Origin: Octopus sinensis
Taxonomy: Eukaryota
DNA: 64,000 nt
Direction of reading: 5' to 3'
NCBI RefSeq assembly: GCF_006345805.1
Contig: NC_043002.1
Coordinates: 14,570,001 to 14,634,000 of the forward strand
Shown: positions 12,777 through 27,205 of the stretch, piece by piece
Position numbering within the stretch: position 1 is the first letter of the stretch
Layout of the letters: every line of letters begins with the position of its first letter
Position numbers and translations under genes: made by a program
The notes under the pieces: model-generated
Told to the model about the DNA's origin: nothing
Databases searched by the model: none
The model's input: only the letters and a program-made list of their open reading frames with translations

Positions 12777-13040
12777 ATGTTTCTTTATTAGCCACACAGG
12801 GCTGCACACAGACGGGGCAGATTACAAAGTAGAGCTTTTCATTTTAGGGGAGAGAAAGAAAAAACAAAAGGTGGGGTAGGTTTTTTATCAAAAGGGATCG
12901 TAAAAGGGAAAGAAGAAAAAAAGAAAAAGGGGAAAGAAAAAAACCGATCAATAGGGATCGTGTATCACAGTGTATATGATGTAAAGTGTAAAGGGGGAGG
13001 CGGATAAGGTTTATCCGTGGGAAGAAAAGCCTACGGAATA
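12777..13040 (-). mobile_element. Probable LINE 3' UTR fragment with a tail related to SINE family 3
   Basis: Minus strand ends ...ccgtctgtgtgcagccctgtgtggctaataaagaaa, resembling the family-3 tail gtttagccccttgtgggtagtaaagaaa. Confidence 0.45.
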
Positions 13041-13053
13041 GATAGATAGATGA

Positions 13054-13142
<89 letters not shown>

Positions 13143-13245
13143 CTGATAGATGTCTCCTTGTGTGTTTGCAAGTTTGTGTGTGTCTATATGCCTGTCTGTC
13201 CGTACTACCTATTTAGATAGATAGATAGATAGATAGACAGATAGA
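13040..13245. repeat. (GATA)n microsatellite
   Basis: Direct reading. Confidence 0.95.
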
Positions 13246-13869
13246 TGGGCAGGTTGGTAGGTTGGTAGGTAGTTAAGTAAATAGGTAGTACGGACAGACA
13301 GGCATATAAAAACACACAAACACGCAAACACACAAGGAGACAGACAAATGAACATACACACACACTTCACACACAGGCATACACGAAGACATTTATAACA
13401 ACAAAAGCATGGAAAACAGGCGCACGTGCATATACGTACAAACACCCAAAGACACACATACATACATACATTCATACGTACATACATACAAACATACATA
13501 CATAAGCACACAAGCACGTACACACACGAAGACATAGATATACATATATATATACATACGAAAACATACGCGCCACACTAGCACCCGCACAGTAGAACGG
13601 AATAAATTCTCGGGTAGAAAAAACCGGCCTCCTTAGCGGACTAAGAAGTCGTTGAAAAATTAAACAATCAGTTTGTTTGGATTTTATAATATAAAATCCA
13701 ATAATCTGATAATAATAAAAGAGGGACAAATAATAAAAGAGTGCAAAAGAACCAGTGCCTTTGGTAATAATATTGACATACTAACCCTCTCTAGACCCAA
13801 CAACATTTGTTTCAACACACGATTTCGCATAAAGAATCTTGCAAACCAGATGCAAAAACGAAATCACTA

Positions 13870-14025
13870 TCTACTTCACATTCTTTATTTTTCTCTCCGT
13901 TTCTTTCTGTGGAAAGCGTAGGCTCGACTCGAAACTTTAAACATTTTGTCACTTACCGAGCGTTAAACTAATACATCTGTTTGTTGTCTACACCACCTAT
14001 CGTCGTTTTTTTTAATGAATTCTCC
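13870..14025 (+). repeat. Dispersed PLE-like terminal repeat with decayed hammerhead-like motif
   Basis: gcgtaggctc...gaaac...gagcgttaaactaatacatctgtttgttg shared with 32575-32770 and 49540-49640. Confidence 0.65.
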
Positions 14026-14091
<66 letters not shown>

Positions 14092-15044
14092 TTATATACA
14101 ATATATATATATATAATATATACATATCTTACAATATGATCTTCAATGCACAGAGAACCAGGATATTGAACGAGTAATACATATGTTTCGGCAAACAGTG
14201 CGTTGTTCGAATGACACCTAGAATTGCAACGGGAGCATAGGTAACTTTATTTGGTACGAGTTAAGTTGTCAAAAATTATAGTTTTCAGTGTGCAAAAGTT
14301 AATTTGGTGAACTATTTTGTTGCTAATAAGCTTAGACGTAACATATATATAACTTTCTCTTCCTGAAAACATTACATACAATTCTGTTTTAGATGCATGG
14401 TATTCCTTGCTATCTTCTCTTTTATTTCAATTTTCAAATCTAGCTAAGTTCATTATTATTATATATTTTTTATTTGTTTGTAAGCTGAGACTATGTTTGA
14501 ATAAGTTACATTTGTATATTGAATAGAATACTGGATTGTATTCAATCTACATTAATTTGTTTCTCCTCTAACGCTTGAATATTGGATGATTCTCTTTATG
14601 AAATTTGTTTCTTTCAGTATATGTGAAGTATTTATTGTTGGAAACTAGTAAAACAATAAAACGAAATCTGCATTTATTCATTCCGAAGGACGAATTCATT
14701 GTTGTTGTTCTTCATTTTTTAAATCCTATTACGTAATACACATTTTCAAGAACAGTAATCATACTCATAAAGTAATATACATTATTTCATTATGTCTACT
14801 GAAGAGATATTTCCTATTGCAAACTGTACCTCACTTTGTTCATCTTTTCTCTTTCTCTTTACCAGGATTTATACGTAAGCACATTTGTACGTATTTCTAT
14901 AGAGGATCACATTTTGTAGACACATCATGCATACACACACGTCAGGCGTGCATTCATGCACATATATGATTGTATATATTCGTATATACATATATATATA
15001 TACACACACACGTACATACACACACACGTATACATATACATATA

Positions 15045-15077
<33 letters not shown>

Positions 15078-15391
15078 ATACAAAATATTATTAGAGACAA
15101 AACCATATTTTGCAAACAAACATTGGATTATTCCCTAATATTTATTATATATATATATATATATATCCATGCATGTAGACATAAATATACATGCTCTCAC
15201 ACATTCATGTATATTAGTGTTTTTATACCTATTGTCATAGATATGTACATATAATCGAATATGCGAGTTTGTATACATCTATGTTTGCATAGATGTTGTA
15301 TGTTTGGAAGAACAGAAACAGACACACGGGCAAATACCGCTGTTCCTCTTAATACATACGTACATACGTGCATACAAGCGTACATACATAA

Positions 15392-15437
<46 letters not shown>

Positions 15438-15517
15438 TTAATTGCATATATATATATATAAACGTACATAACGTTTTGGGATTAACTATATATATATATA
15501 TATATATTGTGTGTGTG

Positions 15518-15580
<63 letters not shown>

Positions 15581-15684
15581 ATACATGTATAAATCTATCT
15601 ATATATATATATATATGTACTTACACATACACACACACACACATATATATATAGATACATACATACATACATACACATATATAT

Positions 15685-15777
<93 letters not shown>

Positions 15778-16328
15778 GTATATGTATACATATATATTGT
15801 TGTATATCGTATATTTCTAATCAATTTCCACTCACCATTTATGTTAAATTTTCACTCAAAAGACATCACCACTATGGCATTTCTATAGAAGTAAACAAAG
15901 GAACGAAGGAACGCAATGTATTCCAGATAAAACGAAAAATAAATTTAAAAAGGAAACAACATAGCGAAAATAATACTGAGTGCTCTAGTTGAAAGCATTT
16001 GTGTAAACAAACATTTTATCAAATCTCAGTGCGAAAAATCTGAAATTTTATTGTGTATTCTTTTGCACTGCATCGTTCCTGTTCTTTTTTTTTTCCAATT
16101 CTTTTCGCCACTGGATGATTATAAAATAAAATTCCAGTCAGCGATGTCGCTTAATTACTTTTTCTGTTTACATATGAAATAAGCAAACAAGAGCAGCATA
16201 ATTTTATTCTTCCATTCTATATTTATTTATATATTTTTACAGAAAAATAAAAGAGAGAAAAATATATACAGAATTAATGAAAGATAATTTCAATTGACAT
16301 GCACACGCACACATACATACAACCCTCA

Positions 16329-16368
<40 letters not shown>

Positions 16369-16589
16369 TGACGCACACAGACACGCGGAAACTCACAGAG
16401 ATTTATTATAATGTTGGTAAACAATTATTCAAAAGTAAGTTCTTTTCTATACAAGGTTTCGTAAAATAAATTATTTGATCTATTGTCCATATGCTAACAA
16501 TGATTAATAATGACAGCCCGTCTCTACAAAAATATGCGTTATTGTATACATCAATAAGATCTGATGCTACCACCAGCATCACCAACTTC

Positions 16590-17115
16590 ACACAAGCATC
16601 ACCATCACCAGCAGCATTAGCATTTGAAACATCGTCGTCATCTTCATCCTGCTTTAATCCTCCTGCACGACGTCGGTGTCCTTATTATCACCATCGTCAA
16701 CAGCATTGTCAACATCACGAGTACCGTTATAATCATCTACGTAGTCGCCTTCATCATTATTATCATCATCATGATAACCGTCGTCATCATCATCATCATC
16801 ATCATCAGATTCATCGTCAGCTTCAACAACACCATCATCATCATCATTATCCTTTTGATTATCGTCGTCATCATCATCATCCTCATCATCTTCATCATCA
16901 TCCTCATCATCATCATCTTCCTGATTACCGTCATCATCATTATGGTCATCCTCATCATCATCATTATGGTCATCATGATCATGATGATGATCATTATCAT
17001 AATCATCATCATCCTAATTATCCTCCACCTCCTCAACATCATCCACATCATCCTCATCATCATCACCAAAATCATCATCCTCACCATCACCACCACCACC
17101 ATCACCACCACCATG
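16590..17115. repeat. Degenerate (CAT)n/(CAC)n trinucleotide tract
   Basis: Direct reading; explains the His-, Ile- and Met-rich ORFs. Confidence 0.95.
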
Positions 17116-17731
17116 AGTGTCCTTCATAATTGTCGCATGTAACATTTAACACTCCATTTAATAGTTCTCTGTAACAATATGTAAAAAAAAATTACAATTA
17201 AAAGCGAAATGAAAATTAAACAAAAAAAATTGTACTAAATAGATACACAAATAAATAAACAAATAATACACTATTACTAAAAATATGGAAGAAAAAGAAA
17301 ACAAAACTACAATGTACAAAAGAAATAAACGCTAAAATAATCAATTTATTTCATAATACATTCGATGCAATTGTATTAGAGAATCCATGTTCTTCATACG
17401 CCATATTCATTTCCATCTAAACATAGCTTCCAAATGCATTTATAATAGTATTCGATTTATCAACAATATATCTCTATATTTAAAAGCTTCTTTAAATTAA
17501 TAGGCATGATGTGTAAATATCAATGGAAGTTCTCTCTCAATGCAGATAAATAAACGCAGTAACGGACACAAAGACAGGAATACATACAGGCGCAAAAACT
17601 TATATAAAAATCTATATAGAGAATGAAAACAAATATCGCAAATAAACATATACACACACACATGTGTATTTATCGATGTATGTATATGCATATTTCGTAT
17701 ATTTGTAACTATACCTTCACACACATATATA

Positions 17732-17778
<47 letters not shown>

Positions 17779-17869
17779 GAGAGAGAGAAATGGCTATTTA
17801 TATCTATCTATCTATTTAACTATCTATATAAATACATACACACACACATATATATATATATACACACAT

Positions 17870-17948
<79 letters not shown>

Positions 17949-18101
17949 ATATGTCTGTGTGTGTGTATAGGTGGTGCTCCAGCGTGGCCACAGTTCGTGA
18001 GCTGAAACTAGATAAAAAATTTTAATATAGTAAGTATAAATTTATATATGTGCAAGCACATATATATATAAGTATATATATAAGTATATATATATATATA
18101 G

Positions 18102-18158
<57 letters not shown>

Positions 18159-18569
18159 GTGTGTGTGTGTATATATATGTGTGTGTGTGTCTTGTGTACA
18201 TACAGATAAATTAACGCAGCGGGTATAGCCTAAAACGACATTTGTCAACGCGTGTAGGGACGCATTGAATTTTTATAAATCTCATCCAAGGATTATTGTT
18301 ATTAACACTATATTTATCTTACTTTGTATCGGTATAGCACGATGCAACGCCAAATATTGGTTCACCGGTCAGAATCATCAGACTGTGGCCAGCGTAAAAG
18401 CATACATGTTTTTATTCGCATATTCAAAATGTTTTTCGAAAAGAAATTAAAAAATATGCACGTATACACACAAACACAGACACACATATATGTACACATG
18501 GATATACACATATATATATGCATATACATATATATTTACATATCAATATACACATTTAGTATACTGTTT

Positions 18570-18619
<50 letters not shown>

Positions 18620-18623
18620 ATAT

Positions 18624-18797
18624 AGGTGCAGGAGTGGCTGTGTAGTAAGTAGCTCGCTAACCAACCACATGGTTCGGGGTTCAGTCCCACTGCGTGGCAT
18701 CTTGGGCAAGTGTCTTCTGCTATAGCCCCGGGCCGACCAATGCCTTGTGAGTGGATTTGGTAGACGGAAACTGAAAGAAGCCTGTGGTATATATGTT

Positions 18798-18840
<43 letters not shown>

Positions 18841-18985
18841 TTGTGTGTCTGTGTTTGTCCCCCTAGCATTGCTTGACAACCGATGCTGGTGTGTTCGGCA
18901 AAAGAGACCGATAGAATGCTCGACTAAAGGCGGTGCTCCAGCATGGGCGCAGTCAAATGACTGAAACAAGTAAAAGAGTAAAAGT
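18624..18985 (+). mobile_element. Near full-length SINE family 1 (small 3' deletions)
   Basis: Head ggtgcaggagtggctgtg, internal (TA)(TG) tract, tail ggcggtgctccagcatgggcgcagtcaaatgactgaaacaagtaaaagag. Confidence 0.9.
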
Positions 18986-21366
18986 GTATATATATGCATA
19001 TAAAATTCTACAGCTGTGTTTCAGATTCTATTGAATATTTGCCTTATAATATATTTCAACTGACTGAAACTTACTATAATTTTCATTGTATCATATCACA
19101 AACAATTTTTTTTACATGGATGTAATTTTCTTCTGGCATGACTAGTATTGCGCTATTTTCTTCTATTCGATGACATTGTTGCAAGTGGCTCTTAGTATTA
19201 TGATTCGCAACGTTCATGCTGAAAATATTTGGCTAATACTGCTGGAATTTTTTTTGTCGCATTTTGTAAATGGATATCACAACCAGCAGCGTTGGAGAAA
19301 TGCCTGTGCTTTTTAATGTACTCCAGTTCATCAAATTCCATCTTTCCTTAATTTTTTTTCTCGATTGTATTGATGATCATGAGGAATTTTTATTTATAGA
19401 GAGCGTGCATGTAAAATAATATTTAAAGTGAAACCTGGTAATTTTACAGGAAAAAAGAATGTTGGCGTTACTGTCTTTAGCCTGGAGAATTTTTTGAAAT
19501 TGTAAACCCATATTGCGCGGCCTATCTTAAATTCTCTCTTCGCCGCCAGTTGCAATCTCATTCTTATGTTGATATTTTCGTTTAAACCTCAGAAAGTATT
19601 TTGTCGCCATTCCAAACTCGCACAAAGGAAGCTAATTTAGTTTTTATATGAGTCAGCTTTTCTTCTTTTTTTCTACGTAGATATGTTGAATATTGTTTTT
19701 TGTGTAGTAACAAGTTTCTTGCTGATTTTTTTTACTTGTTAGATCCCCTTGTGTAGGTAACACTACAATTCTTAGCGAATATATACTCAGTATTTCATTT
19801 TCCGAAGTTTATATTATCTAATGTTTCCACATTTTCTCTTTTTCATCATTTTGCTAAGAGAAGCAATCCTCATTTTTTGCACGAGGCGACAATCCTAAGC
19901 TCTTTTGTGGGTTGCTTAGATTGGTTGGATTACAAAATGTTGAATTCATTTACCCTTAAAATACCAAATCCGCTGCAGTAGCTTTCACAGTTTGAAATGT
20001 TAGGTTTTATATTCAAAAGAGTGTTGTAATCTGTTCCGTCGAGAGGCCCAATTGCATTCAACAATATTATATCAGTAAACTAGCCATATTTCAAACCACT
20101 TACCAATAACATCAAATTGACACAGGCGCTGTCTTAAGTAGCATCTGCCACCGCGTAATATACGTTGTTTGTGATTTAAAAGATTCTTGCTCTGTCGGAA
20201 ACCAGTTAATTTTAATTTAATCATTCTCTCAAATAATGTAACAATAAGAATGAACAATTTTATCAGTATTATTTTGGGGAATGACAGCCTCTTTGTTGAT
20301 CCCTTTAACACGAGGCAGAAACGAAATTTCTTGGTAAATTTGAAATGCTTCTTTTCGACTGATTTTCTTCAATTTACAACGCAGATTAATGGATTTCAAG
20401 AAATTTCAGCTCATTCTATACAGGGATAAGATGACTTGAATCTTCATAAAATTTTTGCAAACATCCATTAATGAATAAATCATGTTTCGCCATTAAGGCC
20501 CTAGTCTGATTCGCAAAAGCCGTAATAAAAATAAGTCCTTTGAACGGTGATAAAAGTATCACGAATGCAAAATAACGAAAAGTATGATCGATTTACTTCT
20601 ATGTGTAAAAATAGTAACGCGCAAATATGTGCGAGATAAATACTTGAGTTCATCTATCGCTAACACTTTTACGAAGATAAACATTATCACTTTCGATCTT
20701 CATTTAAACAGGGCGGTAGATTGGACTGTAAAACATCAAAGGTAGTTGTAACGATCCATTATATTTTATTATCCTTTATTTATATATATATTTTTACTGT
20801 GCTTCAAATTATCACACTACGAACTTTCTTCTAGGTGCAAAAAAAAGTTTAACTGCGAAATAAAATGAAAAAGAATTTAACAATTTCATGAGACATGAAT
20901 ATATCAGGAAAGACAGATTTATGTAGGAGAGTCAAAATCACTGAGCACAAATGCGCTGAACATCAATGATGTCAATGAGAAAATCTACAGATAAGATAAA
21001 AACAGATTATAGGCGTTGAATACATGTATCAATACTGAGAGAAAGAAGAGCGACGAAACAGTATGAAAGAAAGTAAACGCGAGTAAATTATGTGGTAAAC
21101 AAATAAGTTTACCATGAGTTTACAGTCAGATATACTCATTAGGTTAATTTTGTATTATCTGAAATAGAATACCCGCATATTGATTAATCCCCCAAAATTG
21201 AATATTGCCTTTTATCAGATACTTTCTATACTTATAGATTAATATATAAATATATAATAAATAAGACCCCGAAGTACGATATGTGGATGCATATAACGCT
21301 GTACGGTTACACCTGATTGATTTGGCAATTTGTTTTCCCAAATTATTTATGTATATATATATATAT

Positions 21367-23075
21367 AAACTTAGATAAACTTAGATATGTTTCGACCAGA
21401 GATTGGCCCAGGCCATGTCTAACTTAATAGCACCACCTGATAGGATTATTCGAATCCTGTTTAAGTCAAATTTTGTTTAAGTCAAGTTTTGTTCAAGTAG
21501 TGAGTTCTTGTTGGGTGAGTTGGATCCAGTTTTGTTCAAGTAGTGAGTTCTTGTTGGGTGGGTTGTATCCAATTATGGGTGGCTTATCTGGTATTCTTTG
21601 AAGGAATCTATCCAGACTCTGTTTAAAGTTGATGGGATCTTTTTCCTCTTTGATCTCCCTCGGGACAATGTTAAATAGGGCAGGGCCTGTTGAGGAAACG
21701 AAATTATGTTGCAGTGTACATGTATGTTGTGATCTTGAATTTGGCAGGGGGCGTATAGCCCGTTGGTCCAAGTCTTGGATGAACCTTGAGCTAATGTTTA
21801 GGTCGTTGGGCAAAGTTGGCGGTATATTTTCCACATCGTACAAATGATGTACCGCTCACGGCGACGCTGGAGGGAATAAAGTTTCAAGGCTTTAAGGCGA
21901 TTCCAATAATCGAGAGCAGCCATGCCTTCAATTTGTTTAGTGAGAGCCCTCTGGGGTGACTCAATTCTGGATATGTTTTGTCGTGTGTGAGGAGACCACA
22001 GTGGGCAGCGGTATTCAAGGTGTGGCGGTACAAAGGAGGACAAAAGTGGTATGATGACACCTTGTTCTCTGGACCGGAAAGATCTTAAGATCCAGGAACT
22101 CATCCTACGAGCTATATCGACCTTCTTGTTGATGTGTGCACTCCAACTGAGATCGTCATCAACAATTACACCCAGGTCTCTGATATTGTTAGTGGCTGTG
22201 AGCGGTTCCCCTGAAGGAAGAGAGTATGGTTGTTTTAGTGAGGAATTTCTTCCAAAATGCATCAGCTCAAATTTTCCCTCATTCAGTTGCATTTTGTTTC
22301 TGTCTGCCCATTGACTCGCAGCATATAGATCAGACTGGAGTTGAGTTCGGTCTGCTTCTTCATTGACGATCTGCTGGAGCTTAGTGTCATCAGCGAATAT
22401 TTTCGCTCTGCAGTGATGTACGACACTGGAAAGGTCGTTTACGTAAATTATGAAGAGTAGCGGACCCAAAACAGTTCCCTGGGGAACACCGCTGGTGACT
22501 TTTGCTGGGTTTGAGTGGACTCCATCAACTACAACATGTTGTGTACTATTCACCAGGAAATACTTAATCCAGTGTAGAACTTTTCCACGGATTCCAACAT
22601 TTGCCAATTTTGAGAGTAGGATGTTATGGTCTACCCTGTCGAACGCTTTACTGAAATCAAGATATATGACGTCAGAGTTCGAACCTCTTCCCAAGGCTTT
22701 GAGTACATCTTCAATGTTGTGTAAGAGCTGTGTTAGACAGTCCCTGCCACAGCGAAAACCATGCTGATTTGAATTTAGGAGTTTGTGGGTCTCCAGGAAG
22801 TCATCTATCCTTGATCTTAACACTCTTTCAACAACTTTGCGTGATGTGGGAGGTGAGTGAGATTGGGCGATAGTTGACCTGCGAGGGATGTTTTTCCCTG
22901 TTTGAAAACCGGGATGACCGACTGGGATTAGAAACTGTTTCTGAATATATAACCTGCGTCTAATCAACGAATTTCTCCAGAGGTTGGTCAGAGGGACTGC
23001 AAGTTGATATCTACAAATTCTTTCGAGACTAGCGGGATCTATCAGGGCTACAGCCACAGTAATGTTTGACCTCAT
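21367..23075 (-). mobile_element. 5'-truncated CR1/L2-type LINE with largely intact RT
   Basis: ORF 21798-23075: HGFRCGRDCLTQLL, DVIYLDFSKAFDRVDH, SGVPQGTVLGPLLFIIYVNDL, FADDTKL, LGVIVDDDLSW, LKLYSLQRRRERY; C-terminus continues by frameshift in ORF 21493-21843; 3' tail (ATCTAAGTTT)2. Confidence 0.95.
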
Positions 23076-23110
23076 TTATTGCTGGTAACGATGTCGGTGG
23101 CAGTGAAGGT

Positions 23111-23159
<49 letters not shown>

Positions 23160-23249
23160 GCCACCACAAGGTTTTTGGAATTCTGTTATCTCAATTAATG
23201 AAATACGTGCACATCGTAGATTATGGTATATTTCACTATATATATTAGA

Positions 23250-24487
23250 TTTAATATTTGGCTGATCCTCCTTTAGCATCAATTGCAGCTTCTATACGCT
23301 TAGGCATTGAATCAACTAGTTTCTTGCTAGGAGAAATTTTACTCCATTCTTCTCTCGAACTTTTGTACGAATGCTCTTTATTTTTAATTGTTGTGTTCTT
23401 GATAGCTTCACCAAAAGGTCCCCTTAGTTGTTCGATCGGATTTAGATTGAGACTTTGAGCTGACCAGTCCATCGGAACAATACCCTGTGTCTCAAATCAT
23501 TGATGAGTATTCTTTGTTGTATGGCGTGCAACGTCATGTTGAAAGATAACACTGTTTTCCGACGTTCCTGGATGCAATTTAGCAATTGATGGCTCTAAAG
23601 CATCCGTTAACATATGAACATAGATAACTGAACTCAACCTTCCGTGACATGGTAGACGTGCAGGCCCACATCATGATAAAACCACGTTTTACGGTTGGTA
23701 CCATACATTCAGCATTAAATGCTTCCCCAATTCTGCGACGTACAAAAGTTGCACATGTACGGAAAACCTGAGTAAAAACTTGAAAAATAGTATTAGCTTT
23801 ATGTTGGATACTTTTTATACAGTTTGGGCAACAAACCAGTTACATTAAGTTTTAATGTTGATTGAATATATGTACTATCTTATTTCATAGTTACTTTCAT
23901 CAGATCATGTGACTTTTGACCATTGCTCACTGGTCCAATTTCAGTGGTTTATGGCCCACTGAAAACATATTTCCATATTCGCTTCAGAAACCCACGGCTA
24001 CTTCCTGGCTTTACAGGTGTTCAGACCGCACTCTACGAGCATTCTTCTAACAGTTCTGGTTGATATTTGTGAAGTACTAGCCTTGTTGAACTCCGTACAT
24101 AGCTCTGATGATGATTTTCATCTGTTTCTGAGCGAGTAACGGATGATGAAGCTGTCATTACAACGTGATGTAACCTTTTTTTCTGCCTGTGTTTTTTGTA
24201 TTGTCTTCATATCATCTGTCTTTCTGAAATACTTGAGAGTCGTTTGCACCGCACATCGAGAACTATTCATCTTCGGATCAATTTGCCTTTGAGACATTCT
24301 ATCTTCCTGATGACCTACGATTTGACCTCGCTCACACACACTCGACTCCCTTGTTTTAGTCATTTTACTGATTATTAACTCGATCTACAATGTATTTTAA
24401 CATAAAACTCTGAAATAATCAATGAAACATAGGTTCATTTTGGACGTGGGCCTTACTCATAATTGGTTGCATGTGAACAGTACAGTA
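23250..24487 (-). mobile_element. Decayed Tc1 (DD34E-type) transposon
   Basis: N-terminal HTH MTKTRESSVCERGQIVG...SQRQI (ORF 24118-24363); FQHD near 23531-23545; DWSAQSLNLNPIEQL...LVDSMPKRIEAAIDAKGGSAKY (ORF 23251-23472); terminus TA-ctgtactgttcac at 24473-24487; the other TIR was not found. Confidence 0.9.
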
Positions 24488-24646
24488 TAAAAGTGGTAAC
24501 AGATGCTAAAGGAGGGTCAACCAGATATTAAAACTAATGTATATTGTGAAATATACCATAAATTTCATGTGCATGAGTTTCATTCACATTGCAATAGCAG
24601 GACCCCAAAACATTGGGGTGGCCTAATACTTATGGCCAAGGGTATG

Positions 24647-24680
<34 letters not shown>

Positions 24681-24822
24681 ATAAATGTATATACATAATT
24701 CGTATATATAACTACATACACACCTACGCAAACACACACATAACATACACATATACATACATACACACACACACACACATATATATCTATATAATTATAT
24801 ATATATACATACATACATTACG

Positions 24823-24862
<40 letters not shown>

Positions 24863-24884
24863 ATCCAAACAAGAAAGCACAAAA

Positions 24885-25063
24885 AATCACAACAGCGCAA
24901 GGACGTGGAACAAATATAGTATTATTGGACGCTCAGAAAAGAAGGAAAGAACGAGGTTGTAGCGTTTCGAGCGGAGCTCTTCGTCGGAAACATAGGAGAA
25001 GGAAAGATCCAGAGAAGGGAGACAGAAGAAAAAAATCGCCAACGGTACACACGCGGTCACATT

Positions 25064-25070
<7 letters not shown>
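24885..25070 (-). repeat. Dispersed PLE-like terminal repeat with hammerhead-like motif
   Basis: Minus strand tttCCGACGAaGAGCtccGCTCGAAACgcta followed by a pyrimidine-rich segment. Confidence 0.6.
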
Positions 25071-25138
<68 letters not shown>

Positions 25139-25584
25139 ACACGTCAAATATTCATTTTTATTAAATATGTTAGAAATTATTGTGCTGTCTGTGTAGTGGT
25201 TCACAAGGCTTTCAAAGATTGAGAACTTTTAAATTATATTATTATATTACATTCAATATTACATTCAATAACGTAACTATGTTTAAATATAATTTTCTTA
25301 GTTGAAAATCAGTGTGTGTGTATGTGAGGGGGGGGGGGCTTCTGCTCAACTTCGCTGTGTTTCTTTTTATATGTCTATGACCTTTTTGATATTAAACAGT
25401 ATTTGAATATATTTCCATAACTTCAATTCAAATTTACCAGGATAATTTGTATCTTACTGATTATCACGACAATATCTGTACAAGGACGTTTCAATAGTAT
25501 ATTGTGTTATAACTGTAGTGTGCTAGTAAAGTCGTTGCCACGCCAGGATACATTATTATGTACATTCCTACCGACGCCACGTTC

Positions 25585-25730
25585 GGAGTTCAAACGCCAC
25601 CAAGGTCAACTTTGCCTTTCATCCTTTCTGGGTGGATAAAATAAGAACAATTGGAGCACTAGGGCTGGTGTAATCGACTTAGCTCCCCCCCCCCAAATAC
25701 TAGTCTTTTGCCAAACGTTGAAATCAATAT
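25585..25730 (+). mobile_element. SINE family 3 fragment
   Basis: aaggtcaactttgcctttcatcctttctgggtggataaaataag core. Confidence 0.75.
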
Positions 25731-25945
25731 TATACACCCTTTGGAGATGCATGGGCGAAAACAACCATTCATAGTTTTCAAAGAAACGAAAATGAACATT
25801 TTCGAACAGAAATAAATACAATCTCTTTCGTTTCCACCAACCCTCTCTCTGTACATGTTTGTGTGTGTGTCTGTGTGTGTGTGTGTATGCATGTGTATGT
25901 CTGATGGTTGCCTGATCTTTTCAGGTGCGCGTGTGTATGTGTGAG

Positions 25946-25986
<41 letters not shown>

Positions 25987-26254
25987 TGTGTGTGTGTGTG
26001 CAAGTGTGTACCTGATGGTTGCCTGATGGTTGCCTGATCTTTTCAGATCACAGCCTTCTCTCAATCTGCCTGAATTATTCTAATTTACCTGCATACAGGG
26101 ATGTGCACGGACGCGCCTTACACGTAACAACGCATCCAAGTTAGTGGACCATTTAGAATACAAAAATGGATATAAATCTATTTTTCTATTCGAAAATTAA
26201 ATGTAAGACACCTTTGTCCCATTAAATACTATTCCGGGCCTGTTTAAAAAAAAA

Positions 26255-26563
26255 CTTTAGCCAGGTACTTATTCCGTCAGTATGTTTTGCTGAACCGCTA
26301 AGTTACGGGGACGTAAGCACACCAACATCTGTTGTCAAGAGGTGTTGGTGGACAAACAGATTCACAAGGACACATACACATAGTTATATACATATACATA
26401 TATGCGATGGTCTTTCAGTTTCCGTATACTAAATCCATTCACTAGATACTAGTCGGCCCATAACTATAGGTGCTACACTTGCAGCGGGAGCAACGCGGTG
26501 GAATTGAACCTAGAACTATGTGATTTAGAAGTAAGCTTCTTATCACACAGTCACACCTGCTCC
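26255..26563 (-). mobile_element. Diverged SINE family 1
   Basis: gaaccgctaagttacggggacgtaagcacaccaac and tttcagtttccgt blocks match the 3055-3436 copy. Confidence 0.8.
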
Positions 26564-26930
26564 TATATAACTGCATTTATGCACATATACATACATCTAT
26601 ATACACGCTCATATGTGCGCACACACCACGCGTACACACACGCACGTTTTTATACGTACATATCTATACGTGCATACACCTATGTACATATGTGTAAGTA
26701 TGTGTTTGTGTGTGCGCGCCTTCGTGCGAGTTTGTTTCGTTACGTGTTTGACTATGTAAGTAGTATAATGGTGTTCGTCAGAAAGAGAATTTCTGCAAGT
26801 GCAATTCACACACAGGAGATTCTATTATTTTAAAAACTGACAAGAAAAAGTCATCACGTGAATGCGTTCCATTTCACCCTGGATATTCAGGATAAATTAA
26901 GTTTTCGAAAACACTGTACTAGTTTGTGTC

Positions 26931-27205
26931 GAGGCGCATGGCCTAGTTGTTAGAACAGCGGACTCGGAGTCGAGGGATCGCGGTTTCGAATCTCAAACCG
27001 GGTGATGTGTATGTTTATGAGCGAAACACCTAAGCTCCACGCGGCTGCAGCAGAAAGTAATGGCGAACTCCTGCTGACTCTTTCGCCACAACTTTCTGTC
27101 ACTCTTTCCTCCTGCTTCTTGCAGCTCACCTGCGACGGACCGGCGCCCCGACCAGGTGCGGAACCTATATGACAAGAAAACCGCGAAACCTGCCTTTTGT
27201 GCCAT
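26931..27205 (+). mobile_element. SINE family 2 with V/Meta-domain-like segment
   Basis: Head gaggcgcatggcctagttgttag...ggtttcgaatctc; cctgcgacggaccggcgccccgaccagg at 27129-27156 resembles the ctgcgatggactggcgtcccatcc core. Confidence 0.75.

Noticed and set aside
14790-14830. CTGAAGAG...caaac hammerhead-like motif
   Set aside because: There is no stem II pairing and GAAA is absent; too degraded to call.
16491-17142. 212-aa His-rich ORF and overlapping Ile- and Met-rich ORFs
   Set aside because: These come from a degenerate (CAT)n tract open in several frames, with no splice signals or non-repetitive coding context.
19000-20480. Long non-microsatellite stretch with patchy open frames, possibly a decayed DNA transposase
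   Set aside because: I could not identify any catalytic motif with confidence; it needs a tblastn/HMM search.
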